Shown: positions 1 to 8,900 of the stretch, one piece after another
Numbering within the stretch: position 1 is the stretch's first letter
Layout: the number at the start of each line of letters is the position of its first letter
Origin: Acutalibacteraceae bacterium
GTDB taxonomy: Bacteria; Bacillota; Clostridia; Oscillospirales; Acutalibacteraceae
DNA: 24,000 nucleotides
Reading direction: 5' to 3'
Assembly: GCA_045590755.1 (NCBI GenBank)
Contig: JAZNRP010000024.1
Location: 127,083 to 151,082, forward strand
Position numbers and translations under genes: made by a program
Notes under the pieces: model-generated
What the model was told of the DNA's origin: nothing
Seen by the model: only the letters and a program-made list of their open reading frames with translations
Databases searched by the model: none

Positions 1-1
1 C

Positions 2-823
2 AGCTTAGTCCTGAGCGAGAACCTTACGACCAACACCGTTACAAGTATATTGACGTTCGGTACGGTAGAAACGGGCGACATCCTCGTCCCCGAGGGTGTT
101 ATCACGGGCATCGTAAAGGCTGATGCGGGATTGCTTTCTGTTATCAACCTCTGCGGTTATGTTCCCGGCAACGATGAGGAGACCGACACAGAATTCCGTC
201 AGTCTTACACCGACAAGATTTTCAACCGTTCTTCGATGATGCTTGAAAGTATCCGTTCAGCCATCCTGAATAATGTTCAGGGTGTTGTATCGGTTGCACC
301 GTATGAGAACGCTACCAACGAGACCGATGCTCAGGGCAGACCGCCTCACAGTATCGAAATCGTAGTTGACGGTGGCGACTCTACGCAGATTGCACAGCAG
401 ATACTTGCCAACAAGGCAGGTGGTATCAGCACCTATGGCAACACCGTCATCACGCTCCCGGGCGTATATGATGAAGACATCCCTATCCGCTTCAATAGAC
501 CTGAAACGATTTATGTTTGGTTGCATTTGGGTATTACGCTCAAAAGGAACGAAGTTCTTCCGTCAAACTATGTCGAATTGCTGAAGACTGCGGTTCTCAA
601 CAACATAGGCAGTCTCGATGCAGGTCAGGACGTGGTTCCGCAGGAGTTTATGTCAGATTTGTATAAGGCCTGCTCGGGTATCAGTTACATTGACATCAAG
701 ATTTACGCTACCGCAAACGACGGTGAGGTTCCGACCGACTACACCGAACGTAGCGTTGATATAACCGCTCGACAGAGAGCATACACCGACGAGGGAATGA
801 TTGAGGTGAGCATTGATGACTGA
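2..823 (+). CDS. Baseplate J-like wedge protein, 5' end cut off by the window edge
   Basis: This frame has no stop codon from nt 2, so the listed ORF 50..823 is only the TTG-initiated part of a longer gene. The sequence (SIRSAILNNVQGVVSVAPYEN, IEIVVDGGDSTQIAQQILANKAGGI) resembles the C-terminal half of Baseplate_J/XkdT-type proteins. It lies directly upstream of DUF2313-like and tail-fibre genes. Confidence 0.6.
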   Translation, partial: SLVLSENLTTNTVTSILTFGTVETGDILVPEGVITGIVKADAGLLSVINLCGYVPGNDEETDTEFRQSYTDKIFNRSSMMLESIRSAILNNVQGVVSVAPYENATNETDAQGRPPHSIEIVVDGGDSTQIAQQILANKAGGISTYGNTVITLPGVYDEDIPIRFNRPETIYVWLHLGITLKRNEVLPSNYVELLKTAVLNNIGSLDAGQDVVPQEFMSDLYKACSGISYIDIKIYATANDGEVPTDYTERSVDITARQRAYTDEGMIEVSIDD

Positions 824-1472
824 TTACATCAAGCGACTCAAAGATGACCTTGTAGAGCAGTTTAAGGGAAAGCCGTATATTGACGGCTTGGTAGAAGTAA
901 TAGGCAGACAGTTCAATGAGCTGTTTGCCTTTTATCAGCAATTACAGAACGAGACCGATGTTTACGATGCTGTTGGAAAACAGTTGGATGGCATCGGCGA
1001 TATAGTCGTTTTATCCCGTTCTGAAGCAGGACAGATGATAACAGGCGAGGGTGTTACGAATAACCCCGATGACGAAACCTACCGTCGTTACCTGATATAC
1101 AAAATCCTGAAGAACACCTGCGACTGCACCTATTCGGATATTATGAGGGCGATAAAAATGTTTTGGTCGGGTCCGCCCCTGAGATATTCGGAAGACCCCG
1201 ATAAACCCGCCACGATTTGTTTCGATTTCGAGGCGAGTAAAGACCTTGCAGACCAAGCAATCGGCATCCCGTTCGTTAGAGCAGGCGGTGTTGGTCTGTA
1301 TATGAAGATGCAAAAAACGGATGAATTCACCGTTTATTTTGGCTTTGCTTTGCAACGCTCGGCTACCGAGGTGTTTGAGTGTAAAGAAGCAGTTATCGAC
1401 CCGAGGACTTACCTATCGGATGAGTTTGACATCATCCTCGCCGATGAGGTTGGTGCTTGGTTCGTAGAATAA
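813..1472 (+). CDS. Baseplate/tail protein, DUF2313 (XkdU/YmfQ-like)
   Basis: The ATG overlaps the upstream gene's stop by 11 nt. It is 219 aa with a pattern typical of this family (AVGKQLDGIGDIV, DDETYRRYLIYKILKN). It follows a baseplate J-like gene, as in PBSX-type tail modules. Confidence 0.5.
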   Translation: MMTDYIKRLKDDLVEQFKGKPYIDGLVEVIGRQFNELFAFYQQLQNETDVYDAVGKQLDGIGDIVVLSRSEAGQMITGEGVTNNPDDETYRRYLIYKILKNTCDCTYSDIMRAIKMFWSGPPLRYSEDPDKPATICFDFEASKDLADQAIGIPFVRAGGVGLYMKMQKTDEFTVYFGFALQRSATEVFECKEAVIDPRTYLSDEFDIILADEVGAWFVE

Positions 1473-1484
1473 GGAGGTTATGAA

Positions 1485-2639
1485 ATGAAACTTGAATTAA
1501 CGGCAGGTGGAATTGACTATCTCGCTCATTGCTTGGAGGGCGGTCCCTCACCTCAGTTCTGCAAGATTACGCTCGGCAACGGTGCAAATGCAGGAGTAGA
1601 AGCGGATGATATGTCGAACCCTGTAAAAGACATCCCCATCGCCGAAATCACAAGAAACGGCGATTTTGTTACGCTCATCGGCGTACTGAACAATGCTACG
1701 GTTCAGGAGAGGTTCAGGGCTACCGAAATTGGTGTCTATGTAACTGACCCTGATGACGAAATCGGAGACGGTGTCATTCTGTTCGCTTATGCCTATGCTC
1801 CTGAAGACGAGGCGGCGGTTATTCCTGCGGCGGCAGATTACACCTTTGAAACGGTTGAAAAGGTGCTTGTTTATGTAGGCAAGACCGAAGACGTTACTGC
1901 TATCATCAGCGACAGTTTGCTCACCGCCACAAAGGCAGAGTTGCAGGCTCATACGGACGATAGCAACAATCCGCATAACGTTACCGCCTCTCAGGTAGGT
2001 CTTGGCAACGTGGAGAACAAGAGCATTAACGACCAAACGCCCGAGATTAACTACTATACCGATTACGACAACATCGAAACGGGTATGACAATGCAGGAAA
2101 TTCTCGGTAAGCTCGCCACCTTAGCATTGACCCACCGTTACCACGAAGAAGACTCTAACAATCCGCACAATTTGACTCCCGAGTCTATCGGTGCTGCGGA
2201 TGAAGAGCACGACCATAGTGCGAACGATATTAAGTCGGGCACATTGAGCGTGGCTCGTGGCGGTACAGGTGTATCGAGTATGTCGGCACTTGCAAATGCT
2301 TTGGGTGCCTATTTTAAGGTGCCCTATTTCGGCGTGTTTACCGGAAACGGCAGTACAAAGAGACTGATTTCGCTTGGATTTACACCGTCAGCAGTTATCG
2401 TAGTAGATAGTAGAGGCTTAACAGGTGATGACGTTCAAGGAACTTGTGGTGGTATCGCAGTAGGAACCTCGGGCACACGTGCTTATTCGAGTTCTTCGCT
2501 CAGCGATGCGACCACTTGGAATAACTACTACACCTCGTTGATGATTACGACCAACGGTTTCTACGTCAACTATGCGAGCGGATATAAGAATAACACAAAT
2601 AAGAGTGGCGAGACCTATCGCTACATAGCGTTCAGATAA
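1485..2639 (+). CDS. Tail fibre protein with an N-terminal tail-collar fibre-like domain
   Basis: The RBS taaggagg lies 7 nt upstream. The N-terminus (GGIDYLAHCL, KITLGNGANAG, ATEIGVYV, ILFAYAY) resembles phage tail-collar fibre domains. It carries a repeated DSNNPHN(V/L)T motif and a VARGGTGVSS motif, both common in tail fibres. Confidence 0.65.
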   Translation: MKLELTAGGIDYLAHCLEGGPSPQFCKITLGNGANAGVEADDMSNPVKDIPIAEITRNGDFVTLIGVLNNATVQERFRATEIGVYVTDPDDEIGDGVILFAYAYAPEDEAAVIPAAADYTFETVEKVLVYVGKTEDVTAIISDSLLTATKAELQAHTDDSNNPHNVTASQVGLGNVENKSINDQTPEINYYTDYDNIETGMTMQEILGKLATLALTHRYHEEDSNNPHNLTPESIGAADEEHDHSANDIKSGTLSVARGGTGVSSMSALANALGAYFKVPYFGVFTGNGSTKRLISLGFTPSAVIVVDSRGLTGDDVQGTCGGIAVGTSGTRAYSSSSLSDATTWNNYYTSLMITTNGFYVNYASGYKNNTNKSGETYRYIAFR

Positions 2640-2651
2640 GGGGGTATATGA

Positions 2652-5600
2652 ATGGCAACGCAAAAGATTACGCAGAAACAGCAGACCGAAAATGTCAATC
2701 CTGATGCGAGTCTGCTCGTTACTCAAAAGGAGAACGTCGAAGGCGTGGAGATGGAAGCCCTTCGCCGTGCTACCTTAGAAGCGGTTGTAAACGCTTTGCG
2801 TGAAAAAGGTATCAATGACGGATACCAAACAGAACAGGGTATCGTAGATATGTACCCGAACCTCGTTAAAAGCATTGACCCGATTGAAACGGGTATCCGC
2901 ATTTCGTTTTGGGACGAAACCTCGATGGATATTCCGATTGAAAGTGGTGGCTTGGCTTTCGATGAGGTCTCCTACAATCAGGAAACGGGCTATTTACACA
3001 TTATGCTCGAAGGTGAGGATGTTGTGGCTCCGTGCTATATCGGAGGTGGCGGTGGCGGAGGTTCATCGTCCGGTACGGTCGTAAAGGTTACGAATACGAC
3101 AGGTGCCGCATCCTTGACAGTTGCTCACGGAGAGCCTGTAGAAATCAGCTTCACATACTACGACTATGACGGAGACGGAGAGTTTACCAACAGTAGCGGT
3201 ACGCTCGAAATCTCTGTAAACAGCAATGTCGTTATTCAGAAGAATATCGAGCAGGGTGCTCACACCTACGATGTCGGTCCATATTTGACGGCAGGCTCGA
3301 ACAAAATCAAAGTCAAGGTTACTGACGAAGACGATATGTACGGTATGAAGACTTGGACCGTAAATGCGGTTGCTTTGTCTATCAGTTCCGTGTTCGATGA
3401 TACCGTTGTAAACGAAGGTGATGTTACTTTCCGTTACACGCCTATCGGTGCGAACATTGAGAAGACCGTCCATTTCGAGATTGATGGAGAAGAGGCTGCT
3501 ACCGCAATCGTTACCGCCTCGAACCGTCAGCAGACACAAATTATCCCTGCACAGTCTCACGGTGCTCATCCGTTAAAGGTATATATCACCGCCGAGGTTG
3601 ATGGCGTGGCTGTAACGAGTAATATTCTTGAATACGATGTAATTTGGGTTGAAGAAGGAAACGACACGCTTATCTTCGCTTGCAGTTTCAACGATAAGGT
3701 GAAACAATACAGCACCGTGCTCATCCCTTGGATTGCCCACAATCCTACGAGTTTGACCTCTAATGTAGAACAGTATATCGAAGGTGAGTTGCACGCCAAC
3801 CTTACGGTTGGCAGAAACGTGCAATATTGGAGTTATAAGCCGACCACGCCGGGCAACAAAACCCTTATGCTTAAAAGCGGAGATGTTGAAAAAACCATCA
3901 TCGTTCCCGTTGAGGACATTGGTATTACCGTTGAGCCTGTTACGAACGGTCTCGTTATGGACCTCAACCCCGCAGGTCATACCAACAGCGATGACGACAA
4001 GGAGCAGTTCGGTTACACAGACGCAAACGGTGTGAACCATCCGTTGGTATTCTCGCCCAACTTCGATTGGGTGAACGGTGGTTTCCAAACGGACGCAGAC
4101 GGCGGCACATACCTCTGTGTTAAGTGCGGAACCTATGTAGAACTCGACCGCAGTTTGTTCGATACCGATGTTATTGCAAACGGTAAAGAAATCAAGGCGG
4201 TCTTCCGTGCTGCCAAATGCCGTGATTATGATGCTCAGGTAATGAGCTGTATCAGCGGAGGCATCGGCTTGGTGCTTCAGGCACAGAAAGCCACCCTAAA
4301 ATCCTTGCAGACCACCCTCGAAGTTCCTTACTGCGAAGACAGTATGATTGAGATGGATGTCAACATCGAGCCCGGCTCAAAGGACAATGTAATGATGGTA
4401 TGGCTCGAAGGTGTACCGTCAAGAGTTGCCATTTATCCTGATGAGAACGAAGATTTCACTCAGGATAACCCGACTCCGCTTGTCATCGGCTCGAACGACT
4501 GCGATGTGCATATTTACCGCATCAAAGTCTATGATAACGACCTCACACAGTACGAAATCCACGAAAATTGGATTGCGGACGCTCCTAACGGCGAAGAGAT
4601 GGTGAACCGTTACAACCGTAACAACATCTACGACCAAAACGGAGACATTGACGTACAGAAGCTCATCACTCAGAACCCGAATTTGAGAGTGCTCGAAATC
4701 ACGGCACCCAAGATGACTACGGGTAAAGAAGATGAAGTTACCTGTACCGTAAAGCACACCTACGGAGCAGGCGGTAAAGCCCATAAGTTCGTGGGCGAAG
4801 GCGTTATTATGAAAGCTCAGGGTACATCGTCTATGCAGTATGGTACTGCGGCGTACAACCTTGACCTTGAATTCCCGAACGGCTTCGAGTTCGATGACGG
4901 AACCACTCAGGGATATTACAGTATGACTGCCAACAGTATCGGCGTAAACTACTTCAACATTAAGTTGAATGTTGCTTCATCCGAAAACGCTAACAACGTC
5001 ATTATGGCGGCAGAATACAACGATTTCCAACCGTACCTGAACCCCGCAAGAGTGGCGAACCCCAAGGTGAGAGATACCGTAGAGGGTCAGCCTTGTGTTG
5101 TTTTCTTCACGAACAGCAGCGAGGAGACCATTCAGGTAGGTGCTTTGACCGCAGAACCCGGACAGACCATTATGTACGGTTGTGGGGATATGAACAACTC
5201 CAAGAAAAACTTTGCCGTATTCGGTCAGCAGGATAACCCCGTTCAGGCTTGTGTTGAGATAATGAACAACACGAACAACCCTTGTTTGTGGAAGAGCGAC
5301 GACCTCACAGATGAACTGTGGGACGGCGAGGGGTCTTTCGAGTTCAGATACCCGAAGAAGCCTACCGCCGAGCATAAAGCCGCTTTTCAGCGTGTGCTGT
5401 CTTGGGTAGTATCTACCGACAGAACTGCCGCAACGGGTGCTACGCTCGCTCAGGCGGTTGAATATGACGGTGTTACCTACACCACAGACACAGCCGAGTA
5501 TCGTGCGGCTAAGTTCGTTGCAGAGCTCGAAGATTATTTCATCAAGGACTCTGTACTGTATCATTACCTGTTCACCGAAAGACATTCGATGGTTGATAAC

Positions 5601-8600
5601 CGTGCTAAGAACGTGTTCGTATCCACCGATGACGGTATCCATTGGGACTTCACAAAAGACTACGATAACGATACCGCAGACGGAAACGATAACGAAGGCG
5701 GCTTGACCTTGACCTATGGCTTGGAAGACATCGACACCATCGGTACAAAAGATGTTTTCAACGCATCGAGCTCGGTTCTTTGGTGCAACGTAAGAGACCT
5801 GCTCTTCGATGATTTGCAGTCTCTCTATCAGACCCTCGAAACCAAGGGTGCTTGGAATGCTCAGCGTATTCTTGCTCGTTTCAACGCTTATCAGGCGGCA
5901 AGACCTGAAGCCCTAATCATCGAGGATATGTGGAAGAAGTATATCAAGCCCTTTACCGTCTTAGGAAATGACGGCTACCTGAAGATGCTTTACGGCACCA
6001 AGAAAGACCAAAGAAATCAGTTCGAGGTCTATCAGGAGAAGTACATTTCGAGTAAGTATCAGGGCTCTGCGGCTACTTCCGATACGATTACTTTCCGTGC
6101 ATACACGCCTACGAATTGGGCGGGTGTTGTTCCGAGTAAGGAGATGGAGATTACTCCGTATGCGGATATGTATGTAACGGTTAAGTCCGGTTCCGGCATC
6201 GCAAGAGAAAGAGCAAAGAGAGGTCAGAAAGTTACCTTGACCTGTCCTATCGACACCCTTAACGATACCGAAATCTATATCTACAACGCATCGAACATCG
6301 CAGATGTTGGTGATATTGCACCGCTTTATGTAGGTTACTTCAACATCGCTATGGCGACCAAGTTGAGACACTTGAAACTCGGCGACGGTGCGGATGGATA
6401 CAACAACACGAACGCCGAAAGCATTGGTGTTGGCAACAACGAACTGCTTGAAACCTTGGATATTAGGAACTGTCCTATGATAAGAGTATCGCTTGACTTG
6501 ACAGGATGCGATGCTCTTTCTTCTTTGGAGGCAGAGTGCGACAACTACGTACCTACCGATGCGGATGACGTTCCCGGTATCACAGGTGTAGCGTTCGCTC
6601 CCGGTGGCAAGATTGAGACCGCTCACTTGCCGACCGTAACGGCGTTCTCCGCTCGTGAGTTGAAGAGCCTCGAAGACTTGACATTCACAAGCCTCGACAG
6701 ACTCCGTTCGTTGAGAATTGAGAACTGCGGCACCATTGATGCTCTCGAAATCATTCAGAACACAATGCCTGAGAGCGAGGAAGATACAAAAGGCTTGACG
6801 AGAGCCCGTATCCTCGGCATCAGTTGGATACTGAACGACAGTAACGCTGATGTTCTCGACTACTTGGTAGAGTTGAAGGGCTTGAACGAAAGCGGTGCAA
6901 ACTCCGACCAATCGGTTGTTACCGGATACGCTTATGTTCCTACTATGAAAGCATCCGAGTTGAACGCTTATAGAGCGGCTTGGGGCTTCGACCTCGAACT
7001 CGAATGGCAGAGTTACGTAGAGCAGTATCTCGTAACGTTCGTCAACTACGATGGAAGCACGTTGCACACTCAGTATGTTGACCGTGGTATGGCGGCAGTT
7101 GACCCCGTTGAAGCGGGTATAATCGGCGAGCCTACAAGAGAAAGTTCCGTATCTACCGTTTACACCTACAACGGATGGGACAGCAGTTTGGCAAATATCA
7201 CGTCTGCGAAGACTGTTACGGCAACCTATGAAGAGTCGCTGAGACAGTACACAGTAAGATGGATTTCTCAGCTTGGCGTTATCCTCGAAACACAGACCGT
7301 AGGATACGGTCAATCGGCAACCTACACGGGCGATATTCCCACTCGAACCGATGAGGAGAGCTCGAAGATTTACCATCTGTTCAAGGGATGGAAACAGAGC
7401 ACCGGATACATCACGGGCGACCTCGATGTATGGGCTGATTGGGAGGATGGTTATGAACCCTCCGAAATCGTGGATACGCAGACACTCAATGCTGCACAGT
7501 TGTACGGATTTACCAAGGCAGGAAACGCTAAGAACTTCCTGTCTGTAAAGGACCGTGTGTTGATTACACTTGGTTTTGACCCCGACTACGACAATGTCGA
7601 TTATGTCGATTTGATTGAGGAACCTACCGTCCTTGACGGTGCTACCTGTATCGAGACCGAATTGCAACCGTTTAAGGACGGCATTGCAGACGGATGGACT
7701 CTTGTTGTGGACTGCGAATTCGATGAGACCACAGCAGACCAAACGATGGTATGTTGTATGCAGGAAAGCGGATATATGGGCTTCAAGGTCAAATATACGG
7801 GTGGTCCCTCGGTACAATGGTCCACCAACAGTTACAACAGCGGTGCTACGACCTACCGTGAGATTATGGTTATCCGTCATCTCCCCGGAAGTCGAAATGT
7901 TATCGTTTATTCCTCGAAAGCCTATGAGACGGCTATCGGTTACAAGGAATTGACGAAGACCATTGACACCCTCACAAATGCCAAGTTGTATATCGGTGCT
8001 ACCGTTACGGATGGCGGCGATATAGGCAACTACGCAACGGGTACACTCTACTCCCTGAGATTTTGGAAGGGCGACCTCGGGGATGCCGACTGCCGTAAGA
8101 TTGTTTCGTGGCCCCGAGAGACCTACACCTTTGAAGTGGGCGGTTTCGAGAACTATATACTCTCTGCCAACTCTGTTGAGAAGACGAGCGTGGATTTCAT
8201 CTGTGCTTCACTTCTCGAAAGAACCAAGCAGATGAACACAACCAATAGCAACGCAGGCGGCTTTGCAAATATGCCGATTTTCTCTTGGTTGCAGGGCAGA
8301 CTCTACGATGCTTTCCCGACTGTTTGGCGTAACTTTATGAAGCAGAGTGTTATCAACTACAACTGCTACGTAAACGGTACAGACTCAGACATTCAGGAGT
8401 GCGATGCTTATGTATGGCTCCCGTCCTATATCGAAATGCAGGGCGGTACGGCAGAACCGTGGATTTACGAGGGTAATTGGGTTACGTTCTTTACGAACAA
8501 TACCACTCGTTTGAAGTGGCAAGGTCATTGCCTCGCAAGAGACGTTGACGGCGGCTATCAGACATTCAGCCAAAGCACAGACCCCGCTACCGACACAACG

Positions 8601-8822
8601 AAGAATGTCAGAGATGGAGACCTGTGGATACACACAGGCGAGTCTTCTCGTGGTTATCTCCGTGTCAACGGCAAGTGGCTTGCCTCGTATAACTATTGGC
8701 TTCGTGGAGCCTCGGTCACTTACTCGACGGCCTTCTGCATTGTGTACTACTACGGCGGCGTGAACTACGGCGGCTACAACGCCAACTACAGCAGTGGCGT
8801 GTGCCCCCGCTTCTCAATCTAA
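2652..8822 (+). CDS. Giant (2056 aa) multidomain tail fibre / receptor-binding protein; DGR target (variable protein) with the VR at its extreme C-terminus
   Basis: An uninterrupted 6.2-kb ORF with RBS aaggggg upstream. It has a Gly/Ser linker (3042-3071) and several adhesin-type domain signatures, detailed in the findings. The last 47 codons contain the VR, which matches the downstream TR. Confidence 0.85.
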   Translation: MATQKITQKQQTENVNPDASLLVTQKENVEGVEMEALRRATLEAVVNALREKGINDGYQTEQGIVDMYPNLVKSIDPIETGIRISFWDETSMDIPIESGGLAFDEVSYNQETGYLHIMLEGEDVVAPCYIGGGGGGGSSSGTVVKVTNTTGAASLTVAHGEPVEISFTYYDYDGDGEFTNSSGTLEISVNSNVVIQKNIEQGAHTYDVGPYLTAGSNKIKVKVTDEDDMYGMKTWTVNAVALSISSVFDDTVVNEGDVTFRYTPIGANIEKTVHFEIDGEEAATAIVTASNRQQTQIIPAQSHGAHPLKVYITAEVDGVAVTSNILEYDVIWVEEGNDTLIFACSFNDKVKQYSTVLIPWIAHNPTSLTSNVEQYIEGELHANLTVGRNVQYWSYKPTTPGNKTLMLKSGDVEKTIIVPVEDIGITVEPVTNGLVMDLNPAGHTNSDDDKEQFGYTDANGVNHPLVFSPNFDWVNGGFQTDADGGTYLCVKCGTYVELDRSLFDTDVIANGKEIKAVFRAAKCRDYDAQVMSCISGGIGLVLQAQKATLKSLQTTLEVPYCEDSMIEMDVNIEPGSKDNVMMVWLEGVPSRVAIYPDENEDFTQDNPTPLVIGSNDCDVHIYRIKVYDNDLTQYEIHENWIADAPNGEEMVNRYNRNNIYDQNGDIDVQKLITQNPNLRVLEITAPKMTTGKEDEVTCTVKHTYGAGGKAHKFVGEGVIMKAQGTSSMQYGTAAYNLDLEFPNGFEFDDGTTQGYYSMTANSIGVNYFNIKLNVASSENANNVIMAAEYNDFQPYLNPARVANPKVRDTVEGQPCVVFFTNSSEETIQVGALTAEPGQTIMYGCGDMNNSKKNFAVFGQQDNPVQACVEIMNNTNNPCLWKSDDLTDELWDGEGSFEFRYPKKPTAEHKAAFQRVLSWVVSTDRTAATGATLAQAVEYDGVTYTTDTAEYRAAKFVAELEDYFIKDSVLYHYLFTERHSMVDNRAKNVFVSTDDGIHWDFTKDYDNDTADGNDNEGGLTLTYGLEDIDTIGTKDVFNASSSVLWCNVRDLLFDDLQSLYQTLETKGAWNAQRILARFNAYQAARPEALIIEDMWKKYIKPFTVLGNDGYLKMLYGTKKDQRNQFEVYQEKYISSKYQGSAATSDTITFRAYTPTNWAGVVPSKEMEITPYADMYVTVKSGSGIARERAKRGQKVTLTCPIDTLNDTEIYIYNASNIADVGDIAPLYVGYFNIAMATKLRHLKLGDGADGYNNTNAESIGVGNNELLETLDIRNCPMIRVSLDLTGCDALSSLEAECDNYVPTDADDVPGITGVAFAPGGKIETAHLPTVTAFSARELKSLEDLTFTSLDRLRSLRIENCGTIDALEIIQNTMPESEEDTKGLTRARILGISWILNDSNADVLDYLVELKGLNESGANSDQSVVTGYAYVPTMKASELNAYRAAWGFDLELEWQSYVEQYLVTFVNYDGSTLHTQYVDRGMAAVDPVEAGIIGEPTRESSVSTVYTYNGWDSSLANITSAKTVTATYEESLRQYTVRWISQLGVILETQTVGYGQSATYTGDIPTRTDEESSKIYHLFKGWKQSTGYITGDLDVWADWEDGYEPSEIVDTQTLNAAQLYGFTKAGNAKNFLSVKDRVLITLGFDPDYDNVDYVDLIEEPTVLDGATCIETELQPFKDGIADGWTLVVDCEFDETTADQTMVCCMQESGYMGFKVKYTGGPSVQWSTNSYNSGATTYREIMVIRHLPGSRNVIVYSSKAYETAIGYKELTKTIDTLTNAKLYIGATVTDGGDIGNYATGTLYSLRFWKGDLGDADCRKIVSWPRETYTFEVGGFENYILSANSVEKTSVDFICASLLERTKQMNTTNSNAGGFANMPIFSWLQGRLYDAFPTVWRNFMKQSVINYNCYVNGTDSDIQECDAYVWLPSYIEMQGGTAEPWIYEGNWVTFFTNNTTRLKWQGHCLARDVDGGYQTFSQSTDPATDTTKNVRDGDLWIHTGESSRGYLRVNGKWLASYNYWLRGASVTYSTAFCIVYYYGGVNYGGYNANYSSGVCPRFSI
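8676..8815 (+). repeat. DGR variable repeat (VR)
   Basis: It aligns without gaps to 9726-9865 at an offset of exactly 1050 nt, with 122 of 140 positions identical. Of the 18 mismatches, 17 fall where the TR has A (VR has T x9, G x6, C x2). The one non-A mismatch (8811) is at the 3' end. Confidence 0.93.
8796..8815 (+). promoter_or_regulatory. Putative IMH (initiation of mutagenic homing) at the 3' end of VR
   Basis: The GC-rich 3' end of VR, ggcgtgtgcccccgcttctc, compares with ggcgtgtgcccccgactctc in TR. It contains the only non-adenine VR/TR difference (8811 T vs 9861 C), as expected for an IMH versus IMH* pair. The boundaries are inferred. Confidence 0.45.
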
Positions 8823-8846
8823 AAGGCGTAAGCCGTACTCTTATAA

Positions 8847-8873
8847 ATCTGCCCTGCGTGAGTCAGGGCAGAT
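8847..8873 (+). promoter_or_regulatory. Perfect 10-bp stem / 7-nt loop hairpin just downstream of VR (candidate DGR target-recognition hairpin/cruciform; might also act as a weak terminator)
   Basis: The sequence is atctgccctg-cgtgagt-cagggcagat. It starts 32 nt after the VR end and 25 nt after the stop codon. No T-run follows it. Confidence 0.55.
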
Positions 8874-8900
8874 AAATTCCTATGGAAAGGATTTTCGCAA

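Noticed and set aside
3042-3071. A Gly/Ser-coding run (ggaggtggcggtggcggaggttcatcgtcc), considered as a possible slippage or phase-variation tract.
   Set aside because: It is neither a homopolymer nor a perfect short tandem repeat, because the codons are mixed GGN. It is most simply a flexible interdomain linker.
5961-7880. A 639-aa ORF on the minus strand, together with other long minus-strand ORFs at 13755-15053, 11127-11951, 4977-5642 and 18915-19487.
   Set aside because: Each lies entirely antisense to a well-supported + strand gene (the giant fibre, the endolysin, the RT and its neighbour). They lack RBSs and have low-complexity, Arg/Ser/Cys-rich translations typical of shadow ORFs. I treat them as non-coding.
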